Positions 27,570 to 32,000 of a DNA stretch of 32,000 nucleotides are shown piece after piece. Source of the DNA: Synechococcus sp. A15-28. GTDB taxonomy: Bacteria > Cyanobacteriota > Cyanobacteriia > PCC-6307 > Cyanobiaceae. Position 1 is the first letter of the stretch. Each line of letters starts with the position of its first letter. A program made the translations under genes and the position numbers. The stretch is taken from positions 1,560,001-1,592,000 of the forward strand of contig NZ_CP047931.1 in NCBI RefSeq assembly GCF_014280175.1. Reading direction: 5' to 3'. Below the pieces are notes generated by a model, which saw only the letters and a program-made list of their open reading frames with translations, was not told the DNA's origin and made no database searches.

Positions 27570-28712
27570 TTAAACGAAACGATTCAAGACCTGGTCGATG
27601 GGCTTGGCAAACTCTTTCTCTTGTTCCTGCAGAGCGAAGCTGCTGTTGGCTTGCAGGATACGTGAATTGAAACCCGGCAGACCTTTTACCTCAGCGTAAC
27701 TCTTGCAACCTGATCTGCAAATCTCAGCAATTATGGGCTTTTGCAGGATATTGTGCCAGTGCTCAAATCCTTGCACCTGCGAAGACATAGACTTGTAAAT
27801 TTGACCTCTTAATTCGAGAAGCTTACTAAATATTTGATCTTTGCTGAGCGGCGCTCCAATTGTCTTCGTAGAACTACTCTTTTGAATGCTGTCACTTTCA
27901 CGAATTAACTGCTCTTGACCATGTCCAGCCATAGAAGAATTCACTACGGCTGCCATGACTTCTCTCCTGGCTTGCTCTACACTTACGAGCAACTCTTCTT
28001 TTATTTCCTGAATCTGATCAAGCATTCGATCTTCGCTCTCTTCGATTACTCCTGACAATATTTCCATATGGATCCTGCCTTCGGCGTCGCCTCTATCGTC
28101 TTCAGATGTTGATTCAGTTATAGGATGTGGCTTTAAATTGCAAAGTTCTCGGTACCGATTTAGCTCTTCTTGTGAAGCGGTAATTATCCGAAAGCTGAAC
28201 CTCGAAACGTCTTCACTGTTAGACAGGGCGATCGTTTCAACGAGAGGCGCCAGTAACTTGCTGAGCTCAAATACTCTTAGGGCGATTGCTGCATACAAAT
28301 TGTTGAATTGCTCTTCTGCCTCACCTTGCGGCACGAGGTGGCCGGCCGAGTCCCTTGCAGCCCGCAGAGAAATGGCTAAGCCTCTAAATTCCGAAAAATA
28401 AAATGCAAGCGCCTTCCGCTTATGAACCTCTAGACCTAGGCGATTCTCCCTCCCTGCTGAGCGTATATTTTTAATTAAATTAGTGGTACGCTCGTTGCAA
28501 TTTTTGTCTTCATAGTATATCTCCCACCATCCTGCAGTGCTGCTCAGATCAAGGTCTTTGTTGGACGTGACGGCCTCTAGGATGTATTGAATATCATCAA
28601 GCTTGTCAGCGTATACGGTGTCTGTCTTTAAGCAGATATAACTTAAAAAACAAAGCCACTTATAAACTTCCCCAATCTGTCGTCCGAGGATAGGATTAAT
28701 GATGTGATTCAT
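27570..28712 (-). CDS. Hypothetical 380-aa protein with an N-terminal HEPN-type Rx4H motif, acidic coiled middle and possible HRDC/HhH-like C-terminus
   Basis: Clean ORF in markedly AT-richer DNA. LRAARDSAGH (R120-H125, nt 28338-28355) is followed by an EAEEQFNNLYAAIALRVFEL helix, as in DUF4145/Abi-type HEPN domains. The C-terminal similarity to HRDC is weak and by eye only. Confidence 0.7.
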   Translation of the reverse strand: MNHIINPILGRQIGEVYKWLCFLSYICLKTDTVYADKLDDIQYILEAVTSNKDLDLSSTAGWWEIYYEDKNCNERTTNLIKNIRSAGRENRLGLEVHKRKALAFYFSEFRGLAISLRAARDSAGHLVPQGEAEEQFNNLYAAIALRVFELSKLLAPLVETIALSNSEDVSRFSFRIITASQEELNRYRELCNLKPHPITESTSEDDRGDAEGRIHMEILSGVIEESEDRMLDQIQEIKEELLVSVEQARREVMAAVVNSSMAGHGQEQLIRESDSIQKSSSTKTIGAPLSKDQIFSKLLELRGQIYKSMSSQVQGFEHWHNILQKPIIAEICRSGCKSYAEVKGLPGFNSRILQANSSFALQEQEKEFAKPIDQVLNRFV

Positions 28713-28774
28713 TGTGCAAATGCGGCGTCGGATGAGATGAGATTGCCTTGCATGTTGTTTATGGTCATGGATTG

Positions 28775-29461
28775 CTATTGTGACTCAATCCCTTTCAGGT
28801 TGAAACTCTTGTCTGTATCTGATTGAAGTGTTTTTGCTGCACTACAAATGCTTCCTGCGAGCAACCAGGCCTGCGCTCCTGGAATTACAGACATAGCAAT
28901 GCTTATAGCGAGCGATGCTGACATTGCTTGTGTCGCAGCGCAGCCTGCATCCTTTAGGGATTGAATAAAACAACCTCGACTATTCAGGGGTGAATTCTTC
29001 ATGCCGCACTCTTGATCACGAAGTATGCTCCAAGAAATTGTTAGCAACACTGCAAGCGCTCCTGCTTCAAGGCAATGTTTGGTAATGTCCGTAGCCACCC
29101 CGGGGGCATGCAGCGCATCAATTCCTCCGTCTAATTGGGCTCGCCCTATGTCGACCGCGCTTATTGGATCGGCGCCTCGACTTCTGTTCCAGCTGGCGGT
29201 TTCAAACTGCCAGCCCTGCTCAGCTGTTCCCCCGTGAGCCTGAGGCCACCAATGGCTGAGGTCCTTGTCAGATAGCCAGCTACGGATCGCTTCTTCAGGT
29301 TTTTGACTGCGTAGTAGTAGCTCTGGCAGCTGGCCCTGTAGTTCGGCGCCATGGGCAGATAAGCGCTCTTTGAGAACCGCTACGGAGCTTGGATCTACAA
29401 ACTGCTCGCACAGGCGCGTGATGAAGCCTGAGGTGAGTCCAGTAGAAAATGGCCTGTTCAT
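28775..29461 (-). CDS. Hypothetical membrane protein (soluble N-terminal half, 2-3 C-terminal TM helices)
   Basis: 228 aa. Hydrophobic GALAVLLTISWSIL and SASLAISIAMSVIPGAQAWLLAGSICSAA. Its start forms an ATGA overlap with the stop of the upstream ORF. Confidence 0.7.
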   Translation of the reverse strand: MNRPFSTGLTSGFITRLCEQFVDPSSVAVLKERLSAHGAELQGQLPELLLRSQKPEEAIRSWLSDKDLSHWWPQAHGGTAEQGWQFETASWNRSRGADPISAVDIGRAQLDGGIDALHAPGVATDITKHCLEAGALAVLLTISWSILRDQECGMKNSPLNSRGCFIQSLKDAGCAATQAMSASLAISIAMSVIPGAQAWLLAGSICSAAKTLQSDTDKSFNLKGIESQ

Positions 29462-29970
29462 GCGGATTGCCTGCTAAGGGCTACTCCACCTAGTAGATGA
29501 TTCAGGTTGACCCCCGCATCAAACGCGGCACTGTGAAGATCCGAGCGTTGTTCCTCGCTGAGTCCGTCCCAGAAGGCATAGGCCAGGTCGATCGATGCCT
29601 TACCGAGGCCAACTACACCGATCAGGCTGAGAGGAAAACCCAACCAGGGGAACACCAGAAGCACCACGCTGAAAACCGCACTTACGGCTGCTCCCTGCTT
29701 AGTGGTTTCCCAGACGCTCGCCACAATTGCCTGAACTTGGGTTCTCCGATCTATCTCGCCGCGCTTGCGCATGGCTTCAGTTCGGAGACCCGTTAGCAAG
29801 GCTTGGTAGATGGCGAACACGAGCATTCCGCCAACGGTGCTTTCGCCAACGAATTCACCACCGGTCAGCGTGCCACGGTTCCCGTTGAGATCGATGGAGG
29901 CCAAGCCGGCCATTGGTGCAATCTCCCAGCCAGCGCGTGGAATCCGGTAGGGGTCGCGTTCTCGGGACAT
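29458..29970 (-). CDS. Hypothetical membrane protein (about 3 TM helices)
   Basis: 170 aa. Hydrophobic VGGMLVFAIYQALLTGL and AAVSAVFSVVLLVFPWLGFPLSLIGVVGLG. No family recognised. Confidence 0.7.
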   Translation of the reverse strand: MSRERDPYRIPRAGWEIAPMAGLASIDLNGNRGTLTGGEFVGESTVGGMLVFAIYQALLTGLRTEAMRKRGEIDRRTQVQAIVASVWETTKQGAAVSAVFSVVLLVFPWLGFPLSLIGVVGLGKASIDLAYAFWDGLSEEQRSDLHSAAFDAGVNLNHLLGGVALSRQSA

Positions 29971-30076
29971 GGTGGTCGTTTCGTCTGGGGAGCTTTTTTA
30001 AGTGTTGCTTGCCCGTAAGCCGATGCTCAGTTCTTCGTGCGAATAACTAATGGATGGTCTGCATCACTCAGTTTTC

Positions 30077-30838
30077 TCAGAGCCAAGAAACCGTGTCTTG
30101 AGTTGGTTCTTCGCTAATGCGGTGAGGGCAGATTTCGGCAAGGCGGCAGAAGCGGCACTCGTTAGTAGATGGGGATGGCTCAGGTTGTAGCCCAACTGTG
30201 AGGCTCAACAAATCTGACAACTGTTGTTGGAATGCCACCCCGGCTTCGGGTGCAGGGATTTCAACTCGATCTCCATTCGCATACACCAATTCACCGCAGG
30301 GTGGATGTTGGACGCCCTCCAGTGCATTGGCATATGGCGCTAAGGCCATATACGTAAGGACTTGGGCACGATCTTTGCCGCGTGGGCGACCTGTTTTTGC
30401 ATCCGAGATAACCCCTGGCATGGAGTCTGTCTCGCTGACCACCACATCACACTGCCCATGGATGGTGACACCGTCCTTGCTACGTAGGCGTAAGGCGTTC
30501 TCCTGCTCAACATGAACGATTCGTCCCTTGTCTGAGTGGGTCCGAGCAACGGCTTGGAGTAGCCGTTCATGCTTGGTCACCCAATCACCCGGGACTCCTG
30601 AAGATTTGGGCGTGCAGTAATTGACCTGAAGGAAGAGATTGAGAAGACAATGCCTTTCGCCTGCCAAGTACGGAGCCAGCCAAGTGACATGGCAATAGCG
30701 CTCTTGACGTTGTTCCAGACTTAATACTTGGGACTTCAATTTTCTGTTTTCGAGGGCCAGGTCAAGATGCCAGCGACTTGTGAAGTCGGAGCTTCTTCTC
30801 GTGCGAACAACGGATTGAGGTCGAGGAATATGCGCCAT
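30077..30838 (-). CDS. Cas4-like PD-(D/E)XK nuclease with a C-terminal Fe-S cysteine cluster
   Basis: 253 aa. GQCDVVVSE...ISDAKTG (D...DxK), RAQVLTYM (QxxxY) and CRFCRLAEIC (CX2CX5C, nt 30128-30157), as in Cas4/AddB-type nucleases. Confidence 0.75.
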   Translation of the reverse strand: MAHIPRPQSVVRTRRSSDFTSRWHLDLALENRKLKSQVLSLEQRQERYCHVTWLAPYLAGERHCLLNLFLQVNYCTPKSSGVPGDWVTKHERLLQAVARTHSDKGRIVHVEQENALRLRSKDGVTIHGQCDVVVSETDSMPGVISDAKTGRPRGKDRAQVLTYMALAPYANALEGVQHPPCGELVYANGDRVEIPAPEAGVAFQQQLSDLLSLTVGLQPEPSPSTNECRFCRLAEICPHRISEEPTQDTVSWL

Positions 30839-30937
30839 CTAAAGATCCAAGAGAGTCGAGATATGTCTTTCCATGCCTTGTTCAGTGCTGCACCGGGGCT
30901 TGCCGTTTACTTCCGGAAAAAGAGTTTTTATTGATGG

Positions 30938-31135
30938 ATGTTGGTTGAAATCACTTCGGTGGCGCCGGGCTTGAAGAGGTCATTTGCAGCACTGTTTCAA
31001 CCTTCTACTGGTATTGATGAACTGGCTTCAAGGGGCTTTGGGATCGGTCGATGGCGCAGCCTGAGGCATCACCTTGAAGCCGGAACCGTCCTTCAAGGGC
31101 GAGAGCTTCCTTCTGTGATGGCCGCGGCCAGCTAG
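30938..31135 (+). CDS. Small ORF upstream of the PLD gene (hypothetical, or a frameshifted N-terminal piece of it)
   Basis: 65-aa ORF. Its 3' end (31078-31135) overlaps a stretch where the PLD reading frame is also open. Confidence 0.3.
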   Translation: MLVEITSVAPGLKRSFAALFQPSTGIDELASRGFGIGRWRSLRHHLEAGTVLQGRELPSVMAAAS

Positions 31136-31155
31136 AGATCTTCCTGGATGACCTC

Positions 31156-31794
31156 GTGCGCGAGGGCGGGTCTCCGCAGTTGATGGCAATGGTGCTTGAG
31201 CACCTGGCCGATCAACGAGAGGCTCTACAGCGGGAGCGCGATGGCTGGAGCTTTGTGTGGTCGGGACCTGAGCCTGCCCATGCCAAGACAGCTGACACTT
31301 TCGCCACAGTGGATCAGCTCATCCAACAGGCACAGACGAGCCTCCTGATCGCGACTTACAACATCGGCCTCTCCAATCAGTTTCAAGAGCTGTTGGAGTC
31401 AATCGCGGACCGGCTAGGCAGCGGCCAGCTTCAGCGGGTGGAGTTGTTCTTTCATCCGATTCAGATCGCCGATCGCCTGGGCTCCGATCCACTGCGAATG
31501 ATCCGGCAGTGGTTCGACAAGGAGGTGTGGCCTTGGCCGGCCAAGCCACTCATATACGTCGATCAAAGACTGTCTTCAGGGGCTGCTGAGCGCTGCTGTC
31601 AGCACGCCAAGGTTGTTGTCGCTGATGCCGACACAGAACAATCGAGCGCTCTTGTCACTAGTGCCAACTTCAGCGAGGCGGCGCAGCGCCACAACTTCGA
31701 AGCCGGTTGGCTCGTTCGAGAACCGTGGCGCGCTGATCAGGTGGCCAAGCACTTCCGCCAGATGGTTGCGGAGGGGTTGTTCCTCCAGGTCTGA
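31156..31794 (+). CDS. Single-HKD phospholipase D-family protein (Nuc-like nuclease family)
   Basis: 212 aa, GTG start (alternative ATG at 31183). HAKVVVAD (31603-31626) followed by LVTSANFS matches HxK(x)4D...(G/T)SxN. Confidence 0.8.
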   Translation: MREGGSPQLMAMVLEHLADQREALQRERDGWSFVWSGPEPAHAKTADTFATVDQLIQQAQTSLLIATYNIGLSNQFQELLESIADRLGSGQLQRVELFFHPIQIADRLGSDPLRMIRQWFDKEVWPWPAKPLIYVDQRLSSGAAERCCQHAKVVVADADTEQSSALVTSANFSEAAQRHNFEAGWLVREPWRADQVAKHFRQMVAEGLFLQV

Positions 31795-31813
31795 GGCTGA
31801 GCGGATTTCAGCC
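31795..31813 (+). terminator. Short hairpin directly after the PLD stop
   Basis: GGCTGA-gcggatt-TCAGCC followed by a T-containing tail. Confidence 0.3.
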
Positions 31814-31847
31814 CTTGTGCTGTTACAGGTTCAACCACCGTAGACTT

Positions 31848-32000
31848 ATGGAACAAGCGGTTGGATGCGTGTTGTCTTCGCCTGATTGCCCTCTGAACCC
31901 AGTTCGTTGGCTCGCCTATTACCGGGTCAGTACAGATCGCCAGGGAAACTCCGGTCTGGGCCTCGAAGCGCAGCGGGCCAAGGTTGAAGTCATGGCTTCC
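31848..32000 (+). CDS. Serine recombinase (resolvase/invertase-type catalytic N-terminus), truncated by the window edge
   Basis: My own translation: MEQAVGCVLSSPDCPLNPVRWLAYYRVSTDRQGNSGLGLEAQRAKVEVMAS. YxRVSTxxQ with the catalytic Ser, plus GLEAQR, are hallmarks of the family. The frame is open to nt 32000. Confidence 0.75.
   Translation, partial: MEQAVGCVLSSPDCPLNPVRWLAYYRVSTDRQGNSGLGLEAQRAKVEVMAS

Larger units (their letters stand above)
22544..32000. mobile_element. Integrative genomic island or satellite-like element (left junction about 22544; right end beyond the window)
   Basis: Abrupt composition change at a disrupted host gene. Carries a replication module (RHH, P4-type primase-helicase, iterons), a serine recombinase, and nuclease, WYL and HEPN-like cargo. 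Confidence 0.75.

Overview
About 22.5 kb of this window is high-GC core chromosome of a marine-picocyanobacterium type (roughly 60% G+C by eye). It carries psb27, proS, purA, argB, priA, rpoD/sigA, hemC, cobK, ssb, two ppa paralogues and a Yfr1-like sRNA. From about 22544 to the right edge lies a lower-GC, compositionally mosaic integrative element. It appears to have inserted into a UPF0047/YjbQ-family gene, of which only the first ~53 homologous codons remain. The element encodes:
- an RHH regulator;
- a P4/D5-type primase-helicase flanked by opposed 7-9 bp iteron arrays;
- an unusual P-loop-kinase/HTH/WYL fusion protein;
- a minus-strand block with a Cas4-like Fe-S PD-(D/E)XK nuclease and a very low-GC three-gene cassette (two unrecognisable membrane proteins that are translationally coupled, then a 380-aa protein with an RDSAGH HEPN-type motif);
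- a single-HKD PLD-family nuclease;
- the 5' end of a serine recombinase.
My best candidate for an undescribed defence or abortive-infection system is the three- or four-gene minus-strand cassette together with the convergent kinase-WYL gene. All functional calls come from reading motifs by eye. No searches or computations were run, and G+C statements are visual estimates only.
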